A stretch of 64,000 nucleotides of DNA from Candidatus Poribacteria bacterium (GCA_965205015.1 OZ242029.1:4960001-5024000); one strand, 5' to 3'; shown: positions 19,996 through 29,416, counted from the first letter of the stretch. Numbers and translations are program-made. The notes: generated from the letters alone by a model not told the origin.

Positions 19996-20050
19996 ATACA
20001 CTATTATGGAAATAATGTTAAGAAAAATTGTGAATTCCGGCAGGGAATGA

Positions 20051-20626
20051 CTATAACAGGTCAACAATTTGTCTTGCGAACATCAAGCCGATGACGCAGA
20101 TAATCGCTGTCAATGTCCGCTTTTCGCTTTTGAGGGCGCGTGTCCAAGAAAAATCGTGGGGAGAGGGTTCGGGATAAGAATGGAACTGGGGAACAAAGCG
20201 TGGCACACGCGTCCGGTATGCCTGATAGACGGGACCGCAGGATTCCAGCAAATACGCTTCCTCTATTGCGATAATCGGGAGGTATTGGAGGAGATAACCG
20301 ATAATAAGAACGGCGACAAGCCAATAGACGTTCGCGACCAGGCAGACACCGAGGCTGAGTAGGAAATTACCGAGATAAAGGGGGTTACGGACATATCCAT
20401 AGGGACCGGTTGTGACAAGGTCGCGGGCGGCACCAAGGGTTCTGGCACGGGTAGATGCGCCGGCATATCCAACCGCCCATATCCTGAGAACCTCGCCCGT
20501 CGCAATGAACACTGCACCAATGCTTACGGTGTACCACACAGGTTCAGCAAAATAAAGGAGCACAAGGATGAATGGGATAGGTGTGAAACTCCGGATTTTG
20601 AAGAAGAGGTTGCCGATTTTTTTAAT
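20051..20626 (-). CDS. Isoprenylcysteine carboxyl methyltransferase family membrane protein (start uncertain)
   Basis: LVTTGPYGYVRNPLYLGN and EEAYL...Y..RVPRF motifs. The frame extends upstream of GTG20563 (IGNLFFKIRSFTPIP) with no canonical start codon. Confidence 0.8.
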   Translation of the reverse strand: MKKIGNLFFKIRSFTPIPFILVLLYFAEPVWYTVSIGAVFIATGEVLRIWAVGYAGASTRARTLGAARDLVTTGPYGYVRNPLYLGNFLLSLGVCLVANVYWLVAVLIIGYLLQYLPIIAIEEAYLLESCGPVYQAYRTRVPRFVPQFHSYPEPSPHDFSWTRALKSEKRTLTAIICVIGLMFARQIVDLL

Positions 20627-20702
20627 TTTTCTTGCGGTTCGGTGAAGTCGGTGTGAACTTTTGTATGCCTCTCCGTATATCCGCCCTCCACGTTCCTACA
20701 TC

Positions 20703-21764
20703 TTACTTCGGTGTACGCCAGATCATGATACCCCCAACGGCAGCGTACATGAAGTTCGCGCCCCAACAGGCGAGAAAAGGATGAAGTTTGCCATTTTCAC
20801 TCAATCCCTCAAGTACTGCAAAGGAGAGTGCCCAATAGATAAAAGAGAGGAAGAAAGCGAGTACCAAACCCGCAAAGAAACCAGCCCTACCGAACCGGAT
20901 AGCGATAGGTGCGCCAAGCATAATAACAACGACAGCTGCGAATGGGTACGCCGTTTTGTGATACAATTTTACCTGTTCTTTGCGCGAAATCTGTCCTGCT
21001 TCCTGTTTATAGGTGATCTGTTGGCGGAGTTCTTCGATTGTCATGGCCCTCGGATCCTTTTCACTCCCGATAAAACGGGCGGGATCCTCGTGCCGCTCTA
21101 TCGCATGCGTATCAAAAGCTTCATAACCGACCTCGACGCCCCTTTCAAAGTGGCGAATGTATCCATCCGTTAATTGCCAGTGGGTAGGTGTCCACACCGC
21201 TGTCTTCGCGAACGTTACGCGAGCGAGTTTCCCATCTGTATCATATTCATAGATAGTGAGTTGTTGGATTCTACGCGCGTCCAAAGCAATCCGCTGTGAG
21301 TAAAAGATACGGTCGCCTTTGCCTTTGAAGACGATGTTCCTGCCCCGACGCGGTCTAACGTTATTTTGTAAGAGATGCGCTTCATGAAAAGCAGGCGACG
21401 CAACCCGGTTATAAAAAATAGCGAAGAGTCCACAAATAACGAGCGTTACCATCAAAACAGGCGCGAGGAGCCGGTAAACACTCAGACCGCCCGCCTTCAT
21501 CGCGGTGAACTCGTTGCTCTGGACCATCCGACCCAGCACAAAAAAGATGGCGACAAATGCAGCAACGGGCACTACCTCCATAATCCGACGCGGCGCTTGG
21601 AAGAGAACAATTTTAACAGCCGTCATATAAGCGACATCATCATCAAACTTCTTGATGTCCTTATCCAGCAAACGCACGATAATAATCAGTGCGATAAAGA
21701 ACAAAAGCCCGACAAAAAAGGCTTTCAGGTATTCGCGAAGCAGGTATCGATCTAAAATATTCAA
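20703..21764 (-). CDS. lptG: LPS export permease LptG
   Basis: ILDRYLLREY, SNEFTAMKAGGLS and WGAN motifs; follows lptF. Confidence 0.85.
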   Translation of the reverse strand: MNILDRYLLREYLKAFFVGLLFFIALIIIVRLLDKDIKKFDDDVAYMTAVKIVLFQAPRRIMEVVPVAAFVAIFFVLGRMVQSNEFTAMKAGGLSVYRLLAPVLMVTLVICGLFAIFYNRVASPAFHEAHLLQNNVRPRRGRNIVFKGKGDRIFYSQRIALDARRIQQLTIYEYDTDGKLARVTFAKTAVWTPTHWQLTDGYIRHFERGVEVGYEAFDTHAIERHEDPARFIGSEKDPRAMTIEELRQQITYKQEAGQISRKEQVKLYHKTAYPFAAVVVIMLGAPIAIRFGRAGFFAGLVLAFFLSFIYWALSFAVLEGLSENGKLHPFLACWGANFMYAAVGGIMIWRTPK

Positions 21765-21907
21765 TTTTTAATTATACCTTGCGGAATAAGGACATGGAAC
21801 TGGCAATCAAGTGCCTTTCTTAAATCCGTTCTCCACTACGTTACGGACTACAGACTTAGGATTTTGAGAAGAATTACAGGTACTGGCTGCTGACAGCCTC
21901 CCTTCGG

Positions 21908-23107
21908 TTATGATTCGACTTTCCTATTGACGACAAGCGTCAGCGTGTCGCGGGCGCGCCACGTCAGCAAGATCCCCTCGCCGATCATACGAATACTGAG
22001 AAAAACGCCCAACACGCCAATTGCTATATTGGGAAGCCACATGGCAAGGGCAGGAGATATCATGCCGTTCAAACCTGCACTTTGACCGATCTGAAGCAGT
22101 AAGTAGTAAACCAAGATGACAGTTAATCCAATACCAAACCCAATCATCTTACCGCCCTGTTTTACCATCAATCCAAGGGGCACGCCCATCAATCCGAACG
22201 CCAGACATGCGAAAGGGATAGAAAACTTTTTGTGGTACTCAACCTCCGCGACACGGAGTTTATTCCGGGTATAGTCAGGATTCTGACTGGTTTGGACGGC
22301 GGCTTCCAAAGTATTGATGAATGCCTTGAGTTGGACGATAGTCATGGACCGGGGTGTTTGGTTCCGTAAAGCCCCACGCTCCAGATCCTCGGTCAACTGC
22401 AGTGCGAGTTGTTGCTGCCGGAACTTTGTTATACGATATCCATCCGAATTATCGGTTGTCGGTTCGTATGTAAGTCCATCGTAAAGCGTGAGCACGGCTC
22501 TGCCATTTTCAAAACCGAGGGTCCCTTCTTGCGCGTGACTGAAACGAGGCCGTCCTGTCCAGATCCCATCCCATATTTTGACATCCTGCATGCGTCCACT
22601 CTTGGCATCCGTGGATTCGTACATCCAGAGTTTGCCTTCTCTCTCCAACTCCTTCATAACGGTGGCTTCTTCCAAAACGAACGTCGGATTGTGTCTTTGG
22701 ATGTCGCGTTTGAGTGTCGCGTAAGCGAGATTTGCCCTTGGTAGCGCGTAGTCCATTAATCCGAGATTAACGATGCTTAGGACCACTGCCATGCCTAAAA
22801 GCGGGAGCATCAGGTGATGGAAAGCGAGCCCGTGTGCCTTCATGGCGATGATTTCATTATCGGTAGAGAGTCTTCCAAGAGAAAGTAAAATTGCGACCAA
22901 AGCCGCCATCGGAAGAGATAACACAACCGAAGCGGGCATCACATAGATAAGCAACTCAACCAGATAAATCGGACTTATCCCCTTCTGCACAAAAAGTTTC
23001 GTCAACCGAAACAGGTCATCGAAGATGAGGATAAAGGTAAAACAGATAAGTGCTATTATGAAGGGTGGAAGAAATTCTTTAAGTATATACCGCGCTAATA
23101 TTCTCAT
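21908..23107 (-). CDS. lptF: LPS export permease LptF
   Basis: ILARYILKEF, GRLSTDNEIIAMKA, EYHKKFSIPFAC, WLPN. Confidence 0.88.
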   Translation of the reverse strand: MRILARYILKEFLPPFIIALICFTFILIFDDLFRLTKLFVQKGISPIYLVELLIYVMPASVVLSLPMAALVAILLSLGRLSTDNEIIAMKAHGLAFHHLMLPLLGMAVVLSIVNLGLMDYALPRANLAYATLKRDIQRHNPTFVLEEATVMKELEREGKLWMYESTDAKSGRMQDVKIWDGIWTGRPRFSHAQEGTLGFENGRAVLTLYDGLTYEPTTDNSDGYRITKFRQQQLALQLTEDLERGALRNQTPRSMTIVQLKAFINTLEAAVQTSQNPDYTRNKLRVAEVEYHKKFSIPFACLAFGLMGVPLGLMVKQGGKMIGFGIGLTVILVYYLLLQIGQSAGLNGMISPALAMWLPNIAIGVLGVFLSIRMIGEGILLTWRARDTLTLVVNRKVES

Positions 23108-23361
23108 TTTTTAATTATTCGCAAGACGTTAAAATAAGGGGGTCTGTTTATGAGTCGTTTTCCTTTATATCCGCCCGCGTGTTTTTGCCAACGCTGAAAT
23201 CCAATGCGAAGAAAGTCTTTGCTTGGGTATTTCTGCGTATTGTTGCAGGCTGCCGTCTTAAGATAATTTTCGTAACCGTAGCTTCCCGTAAGCGAAGTGG
23301 AGCACTGATACAGTTCTCCTCTGTTTGTTGATTTGTGCCGGAAAAACCTTCATAATTTAAT

Positions 23362-23391
23362 TTGAAATTTTGGTATGAAAGATGTTATCAT
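23362..23391 (+). promoter_or_regulatory. Extended -10 sigma70 promoter predicting a leaderless mRNA
   Basis: TTGAAA-N18-TATCAT with a TGn extension; ATG23398 starts 7 nt after the -10 box; no Shine-Dalgarno sequence. Confidence 0.55.
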
Positions 23392-23397
23392 ACCCAC

Positions 23398-23877
23398 ATG
23401 GAACTTACGCTTGAATCCATTCAACTCACAACTGATGACTTGGCGGACGTAGCCGCACGTCATACTTCTGCCCAAGAAATCTACTCTCCAACAGCCCCGA
23501 GGCGTCCGACTGCCCAATTCGGTTGGCGGGACAGATGGTGGTTAAACCAGACGGCAGCACAGCAAGTTGTCATCAATTACTGGTTTTTCGAGTCCCCCGA
23601 TGAAGCCCGCGCAGCCGCTGATGAAGGCAGATTTCGGCTTTCAGCACAAACCGTACCGAAATTAGGTGGACGCGATTCCATCTATCAACCGCCCCCAAAC
23701 GACAAACATGGACTGGGGGATGTGGTGTGGCAGGCTGGCGCGAATTTTCTGTTCGTCCAACGGACGATCGTCGTGCTGGTTGCTGAAATAGGAGGGCAGG
23801 TTCCCGAGGAAACAACCCTCCATATCGCGAAAAAAATTTCCAAGAAAATTCAGGACGCGCTGCCGTCAAAACAGTAA
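23398..23877 (+). CDS. Hypothetical protein
   Basis: Long ORF filling the space between lptF and the aldolase; plausible globular alpha/beta sequence. Confidence 0.65.
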   Translation: MELTLESIQLTTDDLADVAARHTSAQEIYSPTAPRRPTAQFGWRDRWWLNQTAAQQVVINYWFFESPDEARAAADEGRFRLSAQTVPKLGGRDSIYQPPPNDKHGLGDVVWQAGANFLFVQRTIVVLVAEIGGQVPEETTLHIAKKISKKIQDALPSKQ

Positions 23878-23879
23878 CG

Positions 23880-24067
23880 TGTTAAAAGCGTGTCAAGCCC
23901 AAAACACCAAAAACCAAGCCCGAAACGTAGTGGAGGTGTTTTTGCTTGGGGTGTTTTTGCTTGGGTATTTCTGCGTATTGATAGGGTGTTTCTGCGTATT
24001 TCTTCAACTCGAACACGAAAAACATTAAGATACAGGTTCCCGTTCCCTATCCGCAAGGTAAAATTAA
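23880..24067 (-). repeat. Composite intergenic repeat (TAATTTTACCTTGCGG end, CCCAAGCAAAAAC units and a REP)
   Basis: Shares blocks with 5623-5692, 23219-23251, 6787-6807, 50121-50140 and 21831-21851. Confidence 0.75.
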
Positions 24068-25128
24068 TACTCTTGATACCACGTTGCGGATTGCTTGGCA
24101 ATCTGAACGTTTTTCACACCCCCAAATTGGCGATGCTCAAACCACGGTAAGGCGTTCTCCGCTGCAGCGTTTGCGTTCTTGAAGTTCGTTGTTGCCTCGT
24201 TCTCCAAAAACTGCTGAACTGCTCCCGTATCAGGATAGTATTGGACAGCATCTTTCCAGATAGCTCTGCCGCAAAGGAAACCACTTGCCCCGGCACCGGT
24301 CGCCAGGTCAACGTTTTCAATGAATTCCTCAATATCCACACCGGCACTCAAAATTACCCACGGGAGTGTCGAGGTTTCATCTAACTTCTGGCAGATGTCC
24401 TTCACTTCAGCGAGTTCATACGCAGCGTCGCCTGCATAAAAACTGGTATCTTTATAATCCGTTGTGTATTTCAGATCAGCAGGAAATTCTAACTTCAGAA
24501 TGTCAACTTTGTAACTGGGATCCGTGAACTCCTCAACACTCCGAATCACAAGGTCGGGTTTCTGTTTCGCGAAGGCGACACTCTTCGTCGTCCCCTCAAG
24601 TGCATAACTGACTAATTCCAACAAAAATGGTAAATCCTGCTTTTCGCATTCGTCCCCGACATGACGCACAAAGGCTTGTTGGTGTTCAAGGGTTTCAGCG
24701 GAGGCATCAGGGTGGTAATAGGCGAGGAGTTTAATGGCATCTGCCCCGGCACGCTGTGCCTTGGCGATGCTCCAGTTTGCAATCGGATTGGAGAGCCGTT
24801 CGTTTTCAGCCACACCTTCACTGACATACCCCGATTCTTCATAGGCTAAGAGCAATGCGACATCCCGTGGAATCTCGGTGATAGAGTAGGGATGCCCGTA
24901 AATTGGGTCGGTCAGAACGGCGGTTGCATTTGGGGAAAGGATTCGAGTAATCAAAGTCTTCAGGGCTGCGACATCATCGTATTGGACATCAGCATTGTCC
25001 TTGTTGAGCGTATCTGCAAGTGCCTGTACCATGGAACCGCGCTGGTCAATCGCCATCATTTTAAAGCGACCCTTTGCATCGGCGAGTTTCATGATCCCCC
25101 GCAATTTACCAGAGGAAATATCGTTCAT
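24064..25128 (-). CDS. lacD: Tagatose-1,6-bisphosphate aldolase family (LacD/YihT class I aldolase)
   Basis: AIDQRGS, GADAIKLL, VDILKLEFP, PWVILSAGV, GASGFLCGRAIW. Confidence 0.85.
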   Translation of the reverse strand: MNDISSGKLRGIMKLADAKGRFKMMAIDQRGSMVQALADTLNKDNADVQYDDVAALKTLITRILSPNATAVLTDPIYGHPYSITEIPRDVALLLAYEESGYVSEGVAENERLSNPIANWSIAKAQRAGADAIKLLAYYHPDASAETLEHQQAFVRHVGDECEKQDLPFLLELVSYALEGTTKSVAFAKQKPDLVIRSVEEFTDPSYKVDILKLEFPADLKYTTDYKDTSFYAGDAAYELAEVKDICQKLDETSTLPWVILSAGVDIEEFIENVDLATGAGASGFLCGRAIWKDAVQYYPDTGAVQQFLENEATTNFKNANAAAENALPWFEHRQFGGVKNVQIAKQSATWYQEY

Positions 25129-25145
25129 TTAGTTCTCCTTTTTTG

Positions 25146-25247
25146 CTGGTTATCGGTTATCAGCCTTCAGGGGTCAGTTTTAAGAGGTTTTCGTTTAACA
25201 AAGGTTTCCTCCCGTTGCTGACTGCTGACTGCCGACCACTGAAGGCT
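25146..25247. repeat. Heptamer-armed hairpin element
   Basis: GGTTATC/CAG-type units, then AAGAGG..CCTC, then (GCTGACT)n arms. Confidence 0.7.
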
Positions 25248-25249
25248 AT

Positions 25250-26314
25250 TTAGTATTCACGTTCAACGAAAAAACGGATTAAAGAGAGAAACAACTGCTT
25301 TGCCCGTCTATCAGGGAGATGGGTAAAATTGTTCTGAAACCGTCCAGCGGCTTCCTGTAAGAGCGCCTGAGATCGCTGTTGGGCATAGGTAATCGACTTA
25401 TATTTTTGCATTAATCGGAGGACGCTCTCGACCTCTGCCTCGGTTTTCTCATCACGGGGACGTGCCATGATGTCAATTACATGCCGAGCTTCAGCCGAAC
25501 TGCAAGCATTGATCAGATGAATAAGCACGAGGGTCCGTTTGCCTTCACTAATATCTCCGGCAATCTCTTTTCCATACCTGCCGACGTCCCCGATCAGGTT
25601 AAGGACATCGTCCTGAATTTGAAAGGCGATTCCGAGTTCTTTGCCGAGTTCTACGAGTCCATCTATTTCTGTTTCGCTTGCGCCCCCGATGATTGCCCCC
25701 ACCCGACAGGGTGTGATACAGGTATACCATGCGGTTTTCTGTATGCACATCGTTAAGTAGTCATCTTCATCGAGGTCCCAGCGGTTATCGTTCACCCAAC
25801 TCAATTCGATGTGCTGTCCCTCAACGACTTGGTTGCTGAGTTGTATGAATTCAGATAAAATTCGGAAGGCGAGTTGATGTCCGAGAATCTCCGTGTTTCG
25901 GTGGAGCATCTCCCACATCTTGCAGTGGAGAGCGTCCCCAACGTTGATAGCCATTGGGATCCCGTGTTTTTGATGGAGACACGGCTCGCCTCTGCGGAGT
26001 TCGGAGCCATCTTCAATATCATCGTGAATCAGGAGCCAATTCTGGAGGAGTTCAAGAGAAGCAGCCGTGTTAACGGCGCGCTGTGTATCTCCGCCGAACG
26101 CCTCACACATGAGCATGCAGAGTGCCGGACGTAACCCCTTGGCGGCGCGGCGCGGGTAGTCTAACATCATCTGGTACAACTGATGGACATCCGGGTGCTT
26201 GTGGGTAGTCGGGAGAAAATCAAAAATACAGGCATCAACCTTACTTTTGACATCGCTGAGGTATGTTGTGACAAGATGCTTTGTGGGTGAGGATTCCTGT
26301 CCAGTTTTCTGCAT
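25250..26314 (-). CDS. Polyprenyl diphosphate synthase (GGPP synthase-like)
   Basis: KGLRP, LIHDDIED..LRRG, GQ, KT, FQIQDD. Confidence 0.93.
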   Translation of the reverse strand: MQKTGQESSPTKHLVTTYLSDVKSKVDACIFDFLPTTHKHPDVHQLYQMMLDYPRRAAKGLRPALCMLMCEAFGGDTQRAVNTAASLELLQNWLLIHDDIEDGSELRRGEPCLHQKHGIPMAINVGDALHCKMWEMLHRNTEILGHQLAFRILSEFIQLSNQVVEGQHIELSWVNDNRWDLDEDDYLTMCIQKTAWYTCITPCRVGAIIGGASETEIDGLVELGKELGIAFQIQDDVLNLIGDVGRYGKEIAGDISEGKRTLVLIHLINACSSAEARHVIDIMARPRDEKTEAEVESVLRLMQKYKSITYAQQRSQALLQEAAGRFQNNFTHLPDRRAKQLFLSLIRFFVEREY

Positions 26315-26529
26315 CGGTTTCCTTATGTTTTTCGCCGTCTTTTTATTTCACTCAGCCCTCCCATGATTTCGTCGGGTCCCTGAGCACGAACATCAACATT
26401 TATCAAGCGTTGGTTCGCAAGTTTTGCTTTAAAATTATAACACATTGAGGCGTGAAAATCAAATTTTTGTTGGACAGGAAATGTAGAATATTTCAACAGA
26501 AGTTGAAATCCGCCACCACCTATCACGCG

Positions 26530-26766
26530 CTACAATTCATCCAAATCGAGTGCGATGAACCGGTATCCCAAGGGTTTTATCCGATCAACCAGAGTTTCTC
26601 GCAATTGGAGGGCACGCGTAAATTGTGACTCCGAGACCTGTATCCGCAGAACTGGGGTATTGTCGAAAAGCGAGACGTTTTCAAGCGCAAATTCGCTCAG
26701 GATCTGCTTGACCTCTACCAATGCTGCGCGACTTTCGGCTTGCACCGTGTTGGAATCTTTTGACAT
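26530..26766 (-). CDS. Small protein resembling the isolated C-terminal domain of LarE
   Basis: 78 aa from ATG26766, immediately after the SDR stop; LRIQV...RETLVDRIKPLGYRFIALDL. Confidence 0.55.
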   Translation of the reverse strand: MSKDSNTVQAESRAALVEVKQILSEFALENVSLFDNTPVLRIQVSESQFTRALQLRETLVDRIKPLGYRFIALDLDEL

Positions 26767-26767
26767 T

Positions 26768-27574
26768 TTAGGACTGTCGCCTCCAGTCGCTACCCGCCAT
26801 AAATCCCCCATCAACGAAGACCATTTGTCCCGTAACAAAGTCAGAGGCATTCGAGGCGAAGAAAATTGTTAAGCCCGCAAGGTCCTCAGGTTCCCCCCAT
26901 CGCTCTGCAGGGGTGCGATTGAGAATCCACCGGTTTCGGTTGTCCTCGCGTGCGGGGGCGGTCATCTCGGTTCGGATGAAGCCGGGGGCAATGCCGTTGA
27001 CCTGAATGTTGTGCTCCGCCCATTCTACGGCGAGCAGCTTCGTTAATTGGAGGAGTCCCCCTTTCGCCGCGGTATAGGCGACACTCGTAGGGAGTCCAAT
27101 CGCTGAGGTGAGGGATAATGTGTTGATGACCTTACCTGCTTTCTGTCGCTGCATGACGTTGCCACAGGCTTTTGCGAGGAAAAACGCGCCCTTCAGATTA
27201 ATATCCGTAACGAAGTCCCAATCCGCCTCGGTAAATTCCAAGGCAGGGTTGCGTATATTGACCCCAGCATTATTGACGAGGACATCAAGTCGTCCCAGAG
27301 TCTCCACAGTTTGCGCGACGAGCGCGTCAATTTCTGTAAGATTGCTGACATCCGCCTGAATAGGGAGAACGTTTCTGCCGGTTTCATTGGCAATCCGTTC
27401 AGCGACGGGGGTTAGTGTATCTATCTCTCTACCCACAACGACGATATCTGAACCTGCCCCTGCAAGCCCTTCTGCCATTGCAAGTCCAATGCCGCGACTC
27501 GCTCCAGTGACGAGACTTACTTTACCCTCTAACCGAAATTGTTCAACGATCCCCGTAGCAGATTTTTGATTCAT
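26768..27574 (-). CDS. SDR, gluconate 5-dehydrogenase/KduD-like
   Basis: TGASRGIG, NNAG, YTAAK, RTPAERWGEPEDL. Confidence 0.9.
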   Translation of the reverse strand: MNQKSATGIVEQFRLEGKVSLVTGASRGIGLAMAEGLAGAGSDIVVVGREIDTLTPVAERIANETGRNVLPIQADVSNLTEIDALVAQTVETLGRLDVLVNNAGVNIRNPALEFTEADWDFVTDINLKGAFFLAKACGNVMQRQKAGKVINTLSLTSAIGLPTSVAYTAAKGGLLQLTKLLAVEWAEHNIQVNGIAPGFIRTEMTAPAREDNRNRWILNRTPAERWGEPEDLAGLTIFFASNASDFVTGQMVFVDGGFMAGSDWRRQS

Positions 27575-27599
27575 GTTTTACTCCAATTCCAACCTGTAA

Positions 27600-28808
27600 T
27601 TAATCGGTCAATCCATCTTGTTCTGCGAATTCAAACAGTTGCCCACCATCAATAGCCTTTATTTTGCCGCCATATTCCTCGGCAAGAGAGACAAGCAGCT
27701 CCGCACCAAGGGAAAGTTTTAAATCAATTTCAAGTGCGACAACATAGATAACGGCGTTGTTGCGGTTATGTTCACGCACAATATCAAGAATCTTCTGTGT
27801 ATTGGTCTCAATTTGTACATAAGCCCCGTCATCTACCTGCGGCAAGCCATCTGTTATCAAAACAACAACAGTCGGTTCAAACGTTAAGGCGGCTTTAATA
27901 GCAGAGAGGATGTTAGTGTCCAGATTGCCCTGAATACTTTGGGGAGTGAACCTGTCAAGATACTTCAAGACGCGCTCTATGTTTGCGGAGTTCGCCGGGA
28001 GCATTTCCTTGCTCATAGGTTTCGCTGTATCGGAAAACGCTACAATGTTCAGCTTATCGTTGTTTCCTAACATCATCACGGAATCTTTGAGAGCGTTTAT
28101 TGCCAGTGGCAATTTTTTCATCCCAGCAGCCTGCATACTTGCGGTTATATCAAGACAGTAGACGACATCTTTAGGTCCCCCGAATTCATCAAGGAAATCA
28201 ATGAGGCCGAGTCGATCTGCGGCGCCATCCTTTCCACCGCCACCGAGAAGTCCACCGTCGGAACCGCCCTGCCCATCACCACGGAATCTACCCATACCGT
28301 CGCCGCGCGCTCGGACCCTACCGGTAACAATACCGCGTCCATCCGTCCGTCCAGGCTGGGCGATCAGTCTGCTGAGATTTGACGCCTCCGCCTCCCGTAA
28401 TTGTGCGTCCGTCATAACATCTGGAATCATCTCACTCAAGGGTGCTTTGTTGACCTCTACGTCTTCGAGAACAACACGCGGACTGAGTTTCATGACCTCA
28501 TCTATTTTATTCCGAGCGGCTTCAATCTTTTTCTGCTCTGCATTTCGGGCGAGCTCCTCGTTGGGATCATACATCTTCTTAGTGAGCGGTGGTTTCGGTT
28601 TGGGTTTCCGTTTTCTGGGGGCATCGGCATCATTAATTAAGTCAACAGCGAGGGCATCCGCCTGTTCTTGACTGAGTTGATTTATTGGCAGAAACAGGTA
28701 GGTAATCGCGAAAATCATGTGTAGAATAAGCGATAATAAGATGACAGAGCGTGTGCGGTTTTTACGTCGTCTTGCATCAATGCCCCAAGTTAGCAAATGA
28801 TTTAACAT
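27600..28808 (-). CDS. Membrane-anchored vWA-domain protein
   Basis: N-terminal TM with SLILH; Pro/Lys- and Gly-rich linker; MIDAS-like DITASM and LITDG. Confidence 0.8.
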   Translation of the reverse strand: MLNHLLTWGIDARRRKNRTRSVILLSLILHMIFAITYLFLPINQLSQEQADALAVDLINDADAPRKRKPKPKPPLTKKMYDPNEELARNAEQKKIEAARNKIDEVMKLSPRVVLEDVEVNKAPLSEMIPDVMTDAQLREAEASNLSRLIAQPGRTDGRGIVTGRVRARGDGMGRFRGDGQGGSDGGLLGGGGKDGAADRLGLIDFLDEFGGPKDVVYCLDITASMQAAGMKKLPLAINALKDSVMMLGNNDKLNIVAFSDTAKPMSKEMLPANSANIERVLKYLDRFTPQSIQGNLDTNILSAIKAALTFEPTVVVLITDGLPQVDDGAYVQIETNTQKILDIVREHNRNNAVIYVVALEIDLKLSLGAELLVSLAEEYGGKIKAIDGGQLFEFAEQDGLTD

Positions 28809-28897
28809 GATAAATTCCTCCGCGTTTCGTTTCTTTTTTCATTGCATGCTTTAAAATTATAGGTTATCAAGCAACATGTTTTGGGGTTTTCGGACGC

Positions 28898-29416
28898 CTA
28901 CGTTCCTGACGCAGCTTGTTGATTTTCAAAAGCCTGGATCCATGTTCTGCCTTCAGGTGTCAGTTCATAATAGGTGTGATTTCGGTGCTTGATCCATTTC
29001 CCCTTGACGATATTTTTTCGATAGTGGATGATCCGGCCTTCAACCCGTTTTAAACCACCCAGATCCCTCAATTTACGATGTCGCTGGTGCGTCTCTTCAA
29101 GCGGAATTCTCAAAGTTTCAGCGACAACGATAGAATAGTCCATCCCCAATTCTTGATGGTGTTTGAGTATAAAGTAATCGGTCTCATCAAGTTCGGCAAA
29201 CTCAGAGGGAAGTGCAATTGAATCCGTCGGCGTCTCGGTTGTTCGAACTTCATCCCACGCGACTGTCAAGAGTCGCTCTGGTCGGAAGCCTTGCACCGCA
29301 CGACAGTCGACGTGATGGACAGTTATCGTGCTGTCTTCCTTGAAGTATCCAGTGATTGCGTCCCCTTCTTGAGGGGCACAGCACTTCGCGATTTTATAGG
29401 TGAGTTCCGCTGCCAT
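28898..29416 (-). CDS. RelA/SpoT RIS (zinc-finger)-like domain fused to a DUF2250-like winged helix
   Basis: N-terminal AKCCAPQEGDAITGY...ITVHHVDC...ERLLTVAW; C-terminal DYFILKH..DYS...KHRNHTYYELTPEG. Confidence 0.7.
   Translation of the reverse strand: MAAELTYKIAKCCAPQEGDAITGYFKEDSTITVHHVDCRAVQGFRPERLLTVAWDEVRTTETPTDSIALPSEFAELDETDYFILKHHQELGMDYSIVVAETLRIPLEETHQRHRKLRDLGGLKRVEGRIIHYRKNIVKGKWIKHRNHTYYELTPEGRTWIQAFENQQAASGT

Noticed and set aside
23850-24150. ORFs 23850-24101 and 23890-24150
   Set aside because: Low-complexity translations of the composite repeat.
24064-25128. Sulfoglycolysis (YihT) pathway
   Set aside because: No other sulfoquinovose genes nearby; the substrate cannot be assigned from sequence.
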